Of a DNA stretch of 64,000 bases, positions 28,676 to 38,364 are shown piece after piece. A program made the translations under genes and the position numbers. Origin of the DNA: Candidatus Thiodiazotropha sp. (ex Codakia rugifera) (GTDB taxonomy: Bacteria; Pseudomonadota; Gammaproteobacteria; Chromatiales; Chromatiaceae); the NCBI GenBank assembly GCA_025656675.1, contig JAHXHN010000007.1:5040-69039 (forward strand). The letters run 5' to 3'. Within the stretch, counting starts at the first letter, position 1; each line of letters opens with the position of its first letter. Below the pieces are notes generated by a model. The model worked only from the letters and a program-made list of their open reading frames with translations, made no database searches and was not told the origin of the DNA.

Positions 28676-29095
28676 ATGAACAACCTATTAGAAAAACTGG
28701 AGAGGGTACTCGGTATGTCTGATACGGGAAGCCTGAACGGACTTGAATATGAATTCAATCCGATACCAGGCGAAGTTGAGGTGGTCCAGGTTGCATTTAA
28801 AGATAGGGAGGAACTGCCGATATATCTGACTCAATCAGAAAGTCAGATGCTCTGTATCTGTTATTTATGGGATGACGAGGAGGTTATCTCCGATAAGCGA
28901 GCAGAAATGTTGGAAGTCATGCTGGATATGAATATACCCATGCCCCTCTCCTCTTTTGGCCGGATTGGATCACGCTATACAATATTCGGTGCCCTCTCTC
29001 TCGAATCGTCAGCAGAGAGTATTGCCAGAGAACTTACCGTACTCAGCGACAATGCGCTCGACGCCATTGACGCCATGAGCGAATACTTGAACTAA
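28676..29095 (+). CDS. small acidic cytoplasmic protein, YjfI-like (DUF2170-type) by size and context
   Basis: 139 aa, with GGAGG 6 nt upstream of the ATG at 28676. Sits immediately upstream of a YjfJ-type PspA homolog, as in the enterobacterial yjfIJ arrangement. The family assignment is tentative. Confidence 0.45.
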   Translation: MNNLLEKLERVLGMSDTGSLNGLEYEFNPIPGEVEVVQVAFKDREELPIYLTQSESQMLCICYLWDDEEVISDKRAEMLEVMLDMNIPMPLSSFGRIGSRYTIFGALSLESSAESIARELTVLSDNALDAIDAMSEYLN

Positions 29096-29115
29096 TTCTT
29101 AACAGGAGTCAACCA

Positions 29116-29817
29116 ATGGAATTTTTCAAAAAACTGATTACTGCTATTCGTGGTGGTAGCCGTGAGTTGGGTGAGGCAGTTCTCGATACACAAGGTATCC
29201 GCATCTATGAGCAGGAGATTGAAGATGCAAAGGAGGCAATTAAAAAGGCTGAAAGTGACCTGACAGGCGTCATGGCCAAGAATATGCAGGCTGGCCGCGA
29301 AATCGAACGCCTCGAAAAAGAGGTTGCCAGTTATGAATCGAAGGCATTGAGTGCCCTTGATCAGGATAACGAGGCACTAGCCGGCGAGGTTGCCGAAAAG
29401 ATTGCAGAACTAGAGGTTGAACTCGAAACACAAAGGATTGCCAAGGATAAGTTTTCTGCCCATGTGGATTCGGTCAAAGAGATGATCAAGCAGACTCATG
29501 CAAAGATCCGCGAACATGAACGTGAGATATCCATGGTGAAAACCACGGATAATGTCCATAAAGCAGCCAAATCGATCAATCAGCACATCGATGGTGGCAG
29601 TTCAAAGATGGTTGCTGCCAAAGAGTCGCTGGAGAGAATTAAACATCGCCAACAGGATGATAGTGACCGTATGGTTGCTTCAGAATCGCTGAATGATGAA
29701 TTGAGTGGCGAGTCGCTGGAGAATAAATTAAAAGCGGCAGGTATTGGTGATGAGAGTGATCGTAAAAAGCAGGTGTTGGAACGTTTAAAGGCCAAGCGCA
29801 AAGGCAATGAAAACTGA
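29116..29817 (+). CDS. PspA/IM30 (Vipp1, ESCRT-III-like) family protein, YjfJ-type
   Basis: N-terminus MEFFKKLITAIRGGSRELGEAVLDTQGIRIYEQEIEDAKEAIKKAE... followed by a long coiled coil, as in YjfJ/PspA. AGGAG RBS. Confidence 0.8.
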   Translation: MEFFKKLITAIRGGSRELGEAVLDTQGIRIYEQEIEDAKEAIKKAESDLTGVMAKNMQAGREIERLEKEVASYESKALSALDQDNEALAGEVAEKIAELEVELETQRIAKDKFSAHVDSVKEMIKQTHAKIREHEREISMVKTTDNVHKAAKSINQHIDGGSSKMVAAKESLERIKHRQQDDSDRMVASESLNDELSGESLENKLKAAGIGDESDRKKQVLERLKAKRKGNEN

Positions 29818-29853
29818 TCGTTCACTGCAACAGCAGTATTGCTTTACCCATTT

Positions 29854-29877
29854 GGCATGACCGTCTCCGGTCATGCC
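29854..29877 (+). other. Perfect 10-bp-stem hairpin (GGCATGACCG-TCTC-CGGTCATGCC) in the pspA-like / downstream intergenic region
   Basis: Inverted repeat read directly from the sequence. No T-tract follows, so it is not a canonical intrinsic terminator. Confidence 0.3.
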
Positions 29878-29905
29878 GGTTCAATGATCGATTGCTTATA
29901 CCCTA

Positions 29906-30238
29906 ATGACCAAAAAGAACCCAGCCAAACCGAAACGATGGTCAGATTCCGATAAGGCAATACGTGCAACCCAGGTCGCGTTTGATGTCGAAAATGAGAT
30001 TATTGATACGATAAAAAAGGAAGCTTGTCATAAGGGTGTTGCACCTTCGGATATGATTCGTCATATCGTTGGTCTGAATGTGACCGTAAAGCCTGTCAGA
30101 CCACGCCTTACAATGTCGTTAAAGGAAGATGATTATCATATATTAGCTGAAAAATATGGACTATTGCCCAGTGAGCGTCTTGCAATCAAGACACGGATGA
30201 TCGACGAGATCAGGAAATACGCATCACAGAAAAAATAG
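29906..30238 (+). CDS. small basic hypothetical protein (possible RHH/CopG-like DNA-binding)
   Basis: 110 aa. The segment TMSLKEDDYHILAEKYGLLPSERLAIKTRMIDEI resembles an RHH motif. No clear RBS. Confidence 0.35.
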   Translation: MTKKNPAKPKRWSDSDKAIRATQVAFDVENEIIDTIKKEACHKGVAPSDMIRHIVGLNVTVKPVRPRLTMSLKEDDYHILAEKYGLLPSERLAIKTRMIDEIRKYASQKK

Positions 30239-30270
30239 AGCGGCTAGCTGCTTGAATAAAGGAGATTAAC

Positions 30271-30933
30271 TTGGACGCTTTTTTTGACACGATCAGCAGT
30301 TATCCAACCAGTGTCTATACCGTTATTCTCGGAATAATGCTGGTATTTTGGCTGTTTGCTATTGTTGGCATGCTGGACATCGATCTAATCCCAACTGATG
30401 TTGATGAAGGTCTGTTTGAATCGGATGTGAACTTTGAAGGTGAGATCCCCGGTTTTGTGGGTCTCCTGCATACCCTGGGCTTGACCGGAGTTCCTTTTAC
30501 CTTAGTCATCAGTATCATCGCACTGATAGGTTTCACTCTTTCATATGTTGTCTCGGCCTACCTGCTCATACCCCTAGGCTCAACATTGGTTCGATATGCT
30601 GCTGGTACGTTGGTATTGGTTGGTGGTCTTGCTGTGGCAATTCCCATTACGGCAAAACTGATCAAGCCCATGAAACCACTCTTTGTAAAGCACTTTGCTC
30701 CTTCGAATAAGGATTTTATCGGATATATCTGCACGGTATCGTCTTCAAAAGTAAATACAACATTTGGTATCGGTATTGTGGAGACGGGTGGTTCTCCACT
30801 GCAAATCAACATCCGCGCAGATGAACATCAAGCTTTTAAGAAGGGTATGGCGGTAAGAATCGCTGCTTATGATCAAGCCAATGACGTCTTCGATGTCATC
30901 AGCGAAGAAGAGTATCAAAAACTTGTTGGCTGA
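30271..30933 (+). CDS. YqiJ/NfeD-like (DUF1449-type) inner-membrane protein, flotillin operon partner
   Basis: TTG start with AAGGAG 8 nt upstream. N-terminal TM helices plus a C-terminal soluble, OB-like region. Sits immediately upstream of a YqiK-like flotillin, as in the yqiJK and ydjGHI arrangements. Confidence 0.5.
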   Translation: MDAFFDTISSYPTSVYTVILGIMLVFWLFAIVGMLDIDLIPTDVDEGLFESDVNFEGEIPGFVGLLHTLGLTGVPFTLVISIIALIGFTLSYVVSAYLLIPLGSTLVRYAAGTLVLVGGLAVAIPITAKLIKPMKPLFVKHFAPSNKDFIGYICTVSSSKVNTTFGIGIVETGGSPLQINIRADEHQAFKKGMAVRIAAYDQANDVFDVISEEEYQKLVG

Positions 30934-30971
30934 AAACCGACACAGTTTCAATTTATAGAGGAAGTAAAGAT

Positions 30972-33029
30972 ATGGAAACAATCCTATTTATCATTGGATC
31001 TGCTGCAATTATTCTGCTTGGCGTATTTGCCCTGTTTGCTGGCCTATACAAAAAAGTTCCGCAGGGTAAAGCAATGATCGTGAGCACCCTCAGTAAAGAT
31101 CCAAAAGTGACGTTTACCGGTGCCTTGGTACTGCCTGTCATTCACCTCAAGGAGTTGATGACTATCTCTCTGAAGACGATCGAAATCGATCGCCGTGGAC
31201 ATGATGGGCTGATCTGTAAGGATAATATACGAGCAGATATCAAAGTAACTTTTTTTGTACGGGTAAATATGACCAAGGATGATGTATTGAAAGTTGCACA
31301 AGCCGTGGGTGTTGAGCGGGCCTCCGATCAATCATCGGTCGAAGAGCTTTTCTCAGCTAAATTTTCAGAAGCCTTGAAAACAGTGGGAAAACGAATGGAT
31401 TTCATCTCCCTGTACGAAGAGCGGGATGCTTTCAGAGATGACATCATCGAAGTTATCGGTAAAGATTTGAATGGTTATGTGCTTGAAGACGCAGCCATCG
31501 ATTATCTTGAGCAGACACCTGTTGAATCATTGGATCGGGACAACATTCTCGATGCAGAAGGCATTCGAAAAATCACCGAACTCACTGCAACCCAGCATAT
31601 CAAAACGAATGAGTACGAGCGGGATGAGGAGAAGGCGATTAAGAAGAAGGATGTTGAGACTCGTGAGGCGGTATTACAGCTGGAAAAGCAGGAGAAAGAT
31701 GCAATAGCTCGTCAGCATCGGGAAGTTGCCACGATTCAGGCACGGGAAGAAGCGGAGACACAAAAGATCCAGGCAGAGGAGAATCTCAGAGCTGAAGAGG
31801 CACGTATCAAGATGGAAGAAGCGATTGCAATCCAGGAGGAGAATAAACAGCGGGAAATCGAAGTTGCCGCCTATCAACGTCAAAGCGTAACTGTTAAAGA
31901 GGCAGAAGGTGTCACCAAAGCCAAAGATCTTGAAATTGTAGAGCGTCAGCGCATTGTTGCCCTTGCCGATTATGCCAAGGAGAAAGAGGTTGAACAGGAG
32001 AAAAAGGAGATCGCGGATCTCACCAGCGATCGCATATCGGTAGAGAAGCGGGTTGCGGAAGAAGAGGAGAATATCGAAAAAGTGCGTCTTGTCTCCAAGG
32101 CCGAACGTGAGAAGGAAGCTACCATCATCGCTGCTGAAGCTGAAGCGCAAGAGGGTCTTGTCAAAGAGGTGAAAGCAGCTGAGGCAGAGGCTCAAAAAGC
32201 GATTCAGAAGGCACAGGAAGAGGTGACACTGGCCGAAGGACGTAAACAATCAGCCACACTCGATGCCGAGGCGGCCATCAAACAGGCTGAGGCAACCCGT
32301 TCACTGGAAGCAGCCCCTGGGTTAGCAAAAGCAGAGGTCATGGAAGCCACCGCAGTTGCAAAAGAGAAAGATGGATTGGCCGAAGCAGTTATCCTGCGTG
32401 AGAGACTTGAGGCTCAGGCCATTGGTAATGAAAAAGTTGGACTGGCCGCGGCAAGGATTAAGGAAGCAGATGCGGATGCAGTTGAGAAGATGGGTGAGGC
32501 TGATGCAAAAAATGTTGAGTTGCGTTTTCTTGCTGAGGCCAATGGTCTGAAGGAGAAATTCACCGCTATGGACGCCATGAGTGACCATTCCCGACAACAT
32601 GAAGAGTTCCGTCTCAAGCTTGATCTCAACCACACAGAGACGATGCGCTGGATCGAGGCCAATACTGAGATCGCCAAAGAACAGGCTGATATTCTTGCTT
32701 CAGCCCTCAGCGATGCCAACATAGATATTGTCGGTGGTAGTGGCGACTACTTTGAGAAGTTCGTCAATGCACTTGCGGTTGGTAAATCAATGGATGGGGT
32801 TGTACGTGGTGAGACTGCCCAAAAATTGCTGGGAAAACACCTCAGTGGTGAAGCCGATTTAATTGAGGATATCAAGGATATTGCTGCTGGGCTTGGTGGC
32901 AATAGCGACAGTCTGCAGAATCTCACTGTTAGCGCCTTTATTGCCAAAATGATGCGAGATGGCAACCCAGAGCAAAAAGAGATGCTACAAAAACTGATGG
33001 GATCTGTCTCTAGTCAAAAAACATCATAA
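30972..33029 (+). CDS. flotillin-like SPFH-domain protein (YqiK/YdjI-type) with long E/K-rich coiled coil
   Basis: N-terminal TM helix, an SPFH domain (KKVPQGKAMIVSTLSKDPKVTFTGALVLPVIHLKELMTISLKTIEIDRRGHDGLICKDNIRADIKVTFFVRV) and about 400 aa of EA/EK-rich coiled coil. Confidence 0.85.
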   Translation: METILFIIGSAAIILLGVFALFAGLYKKVPQGKAMIVSTLSKDPKVTFTGALVLPVIHLKELMTISLKTIEIDRRGHDGLICKDNIRADIKVTFFVRVNMTKDDVLKVAQAVGVERASDQSSVEELFSAKFSEALKTVGKRMDFISLYEERDAFRDDIIEVIGKDLNGYVLEDAAIDYLEQTPVESLDRDNILDAEGIRKITELTATQHIKTNEYERDEEKAIKKKDVETREAVLQLEKQEKDAIARQHREVATIQAREEAETQKIQAEENLRAEEARIKMEEAIAIQEENKQREIEVAAYQRQSVTVKEAEGVTKAKDLEIVERQRIVALADYAKEKEVEQEKKEIADLTSDRISVEKRVAEEEENIEKVRLVSKAEREKEATIIAAEAEAQEGLVKEVKAAEAEAQKAIQKAQEEVTLAEGRKQSATLDAEAAIKQAEATRSLEAAPGLAKAEVMEATAVAKEKDGLAEAVILRERLEAQAIGNEKVGLAAARIKEADADAVEKMGEADAKNVELRFLAEANGLKEKFTAMDAMSDHSRQHEEFRLKLDLNHTETMRWIEANTEIAKEQADILASALSDANIDIVGGSGDYFEKFVNALAVGKSMDGVVRGETAQKLLGKHLSGEADLIEDIKDIAAGLGGNSDSLQNLTVSAFIAKMMRDGNPEQKEMLQKLMGSVSSQKTS

Positions 33030-33090
33030 CCCAGTTGATAAGACCTATATAAGGAAGCTTTGGTGCTCGCACAAAAGTTAAGGAGTTGGC

Positions 33091-36000
33091 ATGTCTGACA
33101 TGGTCACAAAGGATGAGAAGCAGAACCTGGAGCGCGCAGTCGCTGAAGGTGGTGCCTATGAGGTCATACGCAAACGACTGCTTGACCAAGCGAAAATGTT
33201 GGGCAAGCAGGTGACATCGCTGAATGAGGCCAGGCTGGCGGAGTTTGGTGATACCTCAATGGAGGTGGTCAGTCGAGTTCGTGTACGTACTGAAAATAAC
33301 TGCATAGCCCGTGATATCGCACTGGTAGATGACAGTCTGCTTTTTGGCTATAACGTCTTCATTGGCCTCAAGAAGGAAACTCAGGTTAGAGATGTCTTTG
33401 GTCTCTATCGATTGATTGAGACAGAGGATGGATTGGAGATTGAGCCTCGTCCTCTGCATGGCTCATTCCTGGACGAGTCCTCCTTTATTGCCGATTTTCA
33501 AGAACTCTACGCCTATTACAAGAATACCCGGCTCTCTAAACTACTGGTTGCCAATCAGTATTTACTGGCTACCTTCCAAATCGGGGAGAAGACATCTGAT
33601 ATAAAAGTTTTCCGTTGGTCGATCGGCAACAATGGAACTGTTCGCTATATCGATAATCGAGGTGAACGGGATATCCCTGCCCCACCCCGCTATGATTTTG
33701 AATGGGTTGCGTGTGACCGTGAAAATTTCATCACTGGTAGATTTCCCCATATCGGTATTCTTGACGAAGTTTTCATCGACACGATAAACGGATCGCTTAC
33801 CATTAAGGTGGAAAACAATACCGAGGCCGGACTGGGCATCTACGAGGAGCCTGTGGATGATAAAAACCAGTCCCTGGCTGATGCCAGTGTCCAGTACGCC
33901 AAAGTGGGGAGTTTGATCGTTCTTAAGGTTCTTCCCTATCGCGAGCAAGATTGGCGCTATTTCATTTTTAACACCAAGACGAAGGCAGTCATGCGTTCCG
34001 ATGCCATCGGTGAAGCTTGTCAACAGTTGCCGGAAGATCATGGCTTGATTTTCCCCGGTGGTTATTACCTTGAAAGTGATGAGACAAAAGTTTTCGATGA
34101 GGATAACCGGGGTATGCAGTTCGAGCGAGAAGTCAGGTCTCCGAATGGTGAAGACGTGCTCTATCGATTCTATGAACCTGTCTCAGGACGACTATCAGTA
34201 TACGTCTATAATTTAATCCGTAAGGATCTGCAACCTCCCCTGGTGGGGCATGGTTTTGCCCGCTTCAATGATGGAACGGCCATGCTGTTTAGCACCGATA
34301 CAGATGAACCAACTCGAAATCATCCCATGCAGGTTTGGCGAACCCCCTTTTCGAGTGACAGTCTCCTATCTAGAGAATCTGTCAGTCAAACCTTTCTAGG
34401 TAAAATCGGTAACGCGGAACTGGTGCGTGGTATTTCTGAATTTTACTCCGTTATACGGCGCATTCAGGAGCAAAAACCCAGTGCTATCCTCTATGAAGAC
34501 CTGATCAAGAGCTGTAGTGAGATCCTGGATAGATACCACTGGATCAACAAGCAGGAAACCGGTTCCATGGGGCAAATAGTTCGCCAGATACGCGAGACTG
34601 CTGAATTGGTTCTTGATGAATTCGAGAAGGTCCAGATTATTCAGCAACAAGCACTGCATGCAGTAGCTGATGCAACAAGTGCACAACAGAAAACACTACA
34701 AGCAATCAACCGGCGTGACTACAGAAAACCCGACGATTATGTAATTGGTCTTAAATCGATTCAGCAACATCGCGGCCATCTCCTCACAATGCGTGAACAA
34801 CGCTACATTGACCACGCAGCCCTGGATAACCTTGATGAGAGATTGCTCGATGAAGAGGAACGCCTCTCCAGCAAAACCGTTAATTACTTGCAGAGAGATG
34901 ATGCTTTCAATAGCTATGAGGAAGCGATTGAAGAGACCCTGAAGTCGATTGGAAAGGTAGAGACAGTTATCGATATCCAGCCGATCCAACAGCGACTTGA
35001 TGAAATAGGTGACGGTCTCGACCTCCTGACTGAGATGCTGAACTCACTGAAAGTCAACGATACAACAATACGGACGACCATACTCGAGACCATGTCCACA
35101 GTCTATGCGCGTCTCAACCAGGCCAGGGCTCGTGTTCGCAATCATCTGAAGGAGGTTGGTGCCGGAGAAGCGGTAGCGGAATTCGGCGCACAGTTCGCCC
35201 TCTTTTCACAATCAGTTATCAATGCACTCGGTCTGGCAACCACTCCGGAAAAATGCGACGAACAACTCTCCAAGCTATTAGTACAGTTGGAGGAGTTTGA
35301 AAGTAAATTCAGTGATTTTGATGAATTTCTCAATGACATCATCACAAAGCGAGAAGAGGTCTATGAAGCCTTTGAGGCACGAAAACAGACTCTCCTGGAT
35401 GAACGTCAGCGGCGAATCCACAATCTGAACAGTGCTGCCACACGGCTGCTAGATGGTATTGAAAAGCGCACCCAGAAGATGCAGTCACAGGATGAGATCA
35501 ATACCTACTTCGCCTCTGACCCAATGGTCAATAAGGTACGCACTCTCTCTAAGACGATCCGGGAACTGGGCGATACGGTTCGTTCAGATGACATTGATTC
35601 ACGCCTGAAAAATGCCAAAGAACAATCGGTGCGTTCACAACGGGACAAACAGGAGTTATTTGAGGATGGCGGCGAGGTCATAAAATTTGGTCGTCACCGC
35701 TTCAGTGTCAATGTTCAGGAGACAGACATCACAATTGTCCCTCATGAGAATACCATGGCATTGCATCTCAGTGGTACTGACTATTTTGAATCTGTGACTG
35801 ACCAGCGCCTGATCGCATTGCAGGGTTATTGGGAGCAAAGCCTACCCTCTGAAAATGGTCATGTCTATCGTGTTGAATATCTGATCTATACGTTGCTGAA
35901 TGCCGCTGAGCGGGGTGAATCCGGTCTCTCTATGAAATCGCTCATGGAACAGCAAGGCAATCAAACAGCATTGGCTGAAACCATCAGGAAGTTCATGACA

Positions 36001-38364
36001 CCACGCTATCAAGAGGGGTATGAGAAAGGCATCCACGATCAGGATGGAGTAATTTTACTAAACGCCATCTTAAAGATGTATCAGACCGCCTCTCTGTTAC
36101 GCTTCAGCCCAAGAAGTCGGGCCCTGGGTATGCTCTTCTGGCATGAGAAGCACAGAGATTCCCAACTGCTAAAAGCACGCGCCTGGATCGAACGAGCAAA
36201 AAGTGTTCATCAGCTGGAACAGGCCTTTGGTGCTTCAGATGCCTTTCAACGTTTACGCGAGGAACTCACTCAACAGATAAGTGAGTTTAGCACTGCCGGC
36301 AATCTACCTTTTTCCCCTACCGAAGCGGCATTGAGTGCCCACTATCTCACTCTGGAGTTGGCTAAGCCTAAACTCAGCTTTGAGGTCAGTGAGTATGCCA
36401 GTGAGCTTGCCGATCGCCTGATACAGCAACTGCGGAGACTCAAACATCAAGAGACCTTTTCTCAAGCACTCGATCAGATGAAGGGTGATAGTGGATCTCG
36501 TTGGAATCTGGTCTCGACATGGATCGATGGTTTTATCCGATTTCAGCAACTGGAGCAGCATGATTTCTTCAAAGCCGAAGCCACTGCCCTACTTCTGGCG
36601 GGTAATAGCCTGCCTGTGCAAAAACGCAGTGCGGTCATCCAACAAAATCTTGACGATCTACTTGGCGACCACCCGCGTATCGAATCTCAATCCATGTTAT
36701 TGCTGCTTCCTGAGTTTCTTGACCGGTTACACCACTTTAACTCATCCATTCTGCCTGAATATGAGTCCTTCAAGGTACTTCGGTCTGAACTTATTGATGA
36801 GGCTCGAAAGCAGTTGCGGATCGAAGATTTCAAGGGGCGCCCCCTCTCCTCCTTTGTACGTAATCGATTGATCAATGATGTCTATCTACCCATCATTGGT
36901 GACAACCTCGCCAAACAGTTGGGTACCGTCGGTAAAGATAAGAGAACCGACCTGATGGGACTGCTGTTACTGATATCACCTCCCGGCTATGGCAAAACAA
37001 CATTGATGGAGTACATTGCCAATCGTATGGGATTGATTTTCATGAAGATCAACTGTCCCTCTCTGGGGCATGACGTGCTTTCTCTCGATATCCAGCATGC
37101 ACCTAACGCAACAGCGCGCCAGGAACTGAAAAAACTCAATCTGGGTTTGGAAATGGCCAACAATGTAATGCTCTATCTTGATGACATCCAGCATACCAAT
37201 CCGGAATTTCTGCAGAAATTTATCTCTCTCAGTGATGGGACAAGACGTATTGAAGGTGTCTGGAAAGACAAACCGAAAACCTATGATCTTCGAGGAAAGA
37301 AGTTCTGTATTGTGATGGCAGGCAATCCCTATACTGAATCAGGAGACGTCTTCAAAATACCTGACATGCTGGCCAATCGCGCAGATATTTATAACCTGGG
37401 TGATGTCCTGAGCGGTCATGATGATGCATTCGCCCTAAGTTATATTGAAAATTCACTCACATCAAATCCAGTACTGGCACCTCTGGCAAATCGGGATATG
37501 CAGGATGTCTACCGGTTTGTACGCCTAGCAAAGGGTGAGAATATCCCTGGCACCGACTTTACACACGCATACAGTAGTGCAGAGACCAATGAAATTGTTG
37601 GCGTATTAAAGAAGCTATTCAAAGTTCAACAGACAGTAATGCGTGTCAATCAGCAGTATATTGAATCAGCAGCTCAAGATGACAAGTATAGGACAGAACC
37701 ACCATTCAAGTTACAGGGTAGCTATCGTAACATGAATAAACTGGCAGAAAAGATCAGTTCGATCATGAACGAAGATGAGCTGAATGCAATCATACGTGAC
37801 CACTATTTAGGTGAAGCACAGACACTCACCAGTGGTGCCGAGGAAAACCTACTAAAATTGGCTGAGATCTCTGCCTCTCTGACTGAAGAGGAGGCTGCAC
37901 GTTGGAACAAAATCAAGGCAGACTTTACCCGCATCCAAAGTATGGGAGGAGAAGGTGCAGATGCTGTTACCAAGATCGCCAACCAGATAGCCAGTGTTTC
38001 AGGTGAACTCAAGACCATTGATCAATCTCTGAGTCAGGCGTTTTCAAATAATCGGGCTGATGCTATCCAAGAGGAGTTGCAGGCACTTGTTTCATTGATC
38101 AGAACACTCGAACTCAATGTGGAAGTTATCAACAAACCGGTACCCGGCATGGATAAGGTATTGAGCGCCATGGGCGATGCCATCAATACTTCACTGCTTC
38201 CTGTAGTACAGGCAATGGAGCATAAATTAAAGATGGATCACGATATTTGGGAACGGGTCAAACGACTTGGAGAACAGATAGGCTCCCTTGAAAAATCAAT
38301 GGTGAAGACAACGCGAAAAAAACGCATAATTTCGAAGAAAAAAACTACCACTAGAACCGATTGA
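33091..38364 (+). CDS. 1757-aa protein with a single AAA+ ATPase module near aa 1290-1470, flanked by long helical / coiled-coil regions and a lysine-rich C-terminal tail
   Basis: Walker A LLLLISPPGYGKTTLMEYIANRMG, Walker B NVMLYLDDIQH, and sensor-1-like FCIVMAGNPYT. The N-terminal about 430 aa look beta-rich. The remainder is predominantly helical. C-terminus TRKKRIISKKKTTTRTD. AAGGAG RBS. No GTPase motifs. Confidence 0.8.
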   Translation: MSDMVTKDEKQNLERAVAEGGAYEVIRKRLLDQAKMLGKQVTSLNEARLAEFGDTSMEVVSRVRVRTENNCIARDIALVDDSLLFGYNVFIGLKKETQVRDVFGLYRLIETEDGLEIEPRPLHGSFLDESSFIADFQELYAYYKNTRLSKLLVANQYLLATFQIGEKTSDIKVFRWSIGNNGTVRYIDNRGERDIPAPPRYDFEWVACDRENFITGRFPHIGILDEVFIDTINGSLTIKVENNTEAGLGIYEEPVDDKNQSLADASVQYAKVGSLIVLKVLPYREQDWRYFIFNTKTKAVMRSDAIGEACQQLPEDHGLIFPGGYYLESDETKVFDEDNRGMQFEREVRSPNGEDVLYRFYEPVSGRLSVYVYNLIRKDLQPPLVGHGFARFNDGTAMLFSTDTDEPTRNHPMQVWRTPFSSDSLLSRESVSQTFLGKIGNAELVRGISEFYSVIRRIQEQKPSAILYEDLIKSCSEILDRYHWINKQETGSMGQIVRQIRETAELVLDEFEKVQIIQQQALHAVADATSAQQKTLQAINRRDYRKPDDYVIGLKSIQQHRGHLLTMREQRYIDHAALDNLDERLLDEEERLSSKTVNYLQRDDAFNSYEEAIEETLKSIGKVETVIDIQPIQQRLDEIGDGLDLLTEMLNSLKVNDTTIRTTILETMSTVYARLNQARARVRNHLKEVGAGEAVAEFGAQFALFSQSVINALGLATTPEKCDEQLSKLLVQLEEFESKFSDFDEFLNDIITKREEVYEAFEARKQTLLDERQRRIHNLNSAATRLLDGIEKRTQKMQSQDEINTYFASDPMVNKVRTLSKTIRELGDTVRSDDIDSRLKNAKEQSVRSQRDKQELFEDGGEVIKFGRHRFSVNVQETDITIVPHENTMALHLSGTDYFESVTDQRLIALQGYWEQSLPSENGHVYRVEYLIYTLLNAAERGESGLSMKSLMEQQGNQTALAETIRKFMTPRYQEGYEKGIHDQDGVILLNAILKMYQTASLLRFSPRSRALGMLFWHEKHRDSQLLKARAWIERAKSVHQLEQAFGASDAFQRLREELTQQISEFSTAGNLPFSPTEAALSAHYLTLELAKPKLSFEVSEYASELADRLIQQLRRLKHQETFSQALDQMKGDSGSRWNLVSTWIDGFIRFQQLEQHDFFKAEATALLLAGNSLPVQKRSAVIQQNLDDLLGDHPRIESQSMLLLLPEFLDRLHHFNSSILPEYESFKVLRSELIDEARKQLRIEDFKGRPLSSFVRNRLINDVYLPIIGDNLAKQLGTVGKDKRTDLMGLLLLISPPGYGKTTLMEYIANRMGLIFMKINCPSLGHDVLSLDIQHAPNATARQELKKLNLGLEMANNVMLYLDDIQHTNPEFLQKFISLSDGTRRIEGVWKDKPKTYDLRGKKFCIVMAGNPYTESGDVFKIPDMLANRADIYNLGDVLSGHDDAFALSYIENSLTSNPVLAPLANRDMQDVYRFVRLAKGENIPGTDFTHAYSSAETNEIVGVLKKLFKVQQTVMRVNQQYIESAAQDDKYRTEPPFKLQGSYRNMNKLAEKISSIMNEDELNAIIRDHYLGEAQTLTSGAEENLLKLAEISASLTEEEAARWNKIKADFTRIQSMGGEGADAVTKIANQIASVSGELKTIDQSLSQAFSNNRADAIQEELQALVSLIRTLELNVEVINKPVPGMDKVLSAMGDAINTSLLPVVQAMEHKLKMDHDIWERVKRLGEQIGSLEKSMVKTTRKKRIISKKKTTTRTD

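Noticed and set aside
31674-32965. Minus-strand ORFs (191 aa, 103 aa, 102 aa and others) inside the flotillin-like gene
   Set aside because: They are antisense frames of the E/K/A-rich coiled-coil region. They translate to Phe/Leu/Ser-rich low-complexity sequence, an artefact of the repetitive GAA/GAG/AAG coding.
33091-38364. Considered whether the giant protein is a dynamin-like GTPase or an SMC-type ATPase
   Set aside because: The single P-loop has AAA+ context (hydrophobic run, GPPGxGKT-like, hhhhDD Walker B about 60 aa downstream, T/N sensor 1). There are no G2-G4 GTPase motifs. Walker A and B are not separated by a long coiled coil as in SMC/Rad50.
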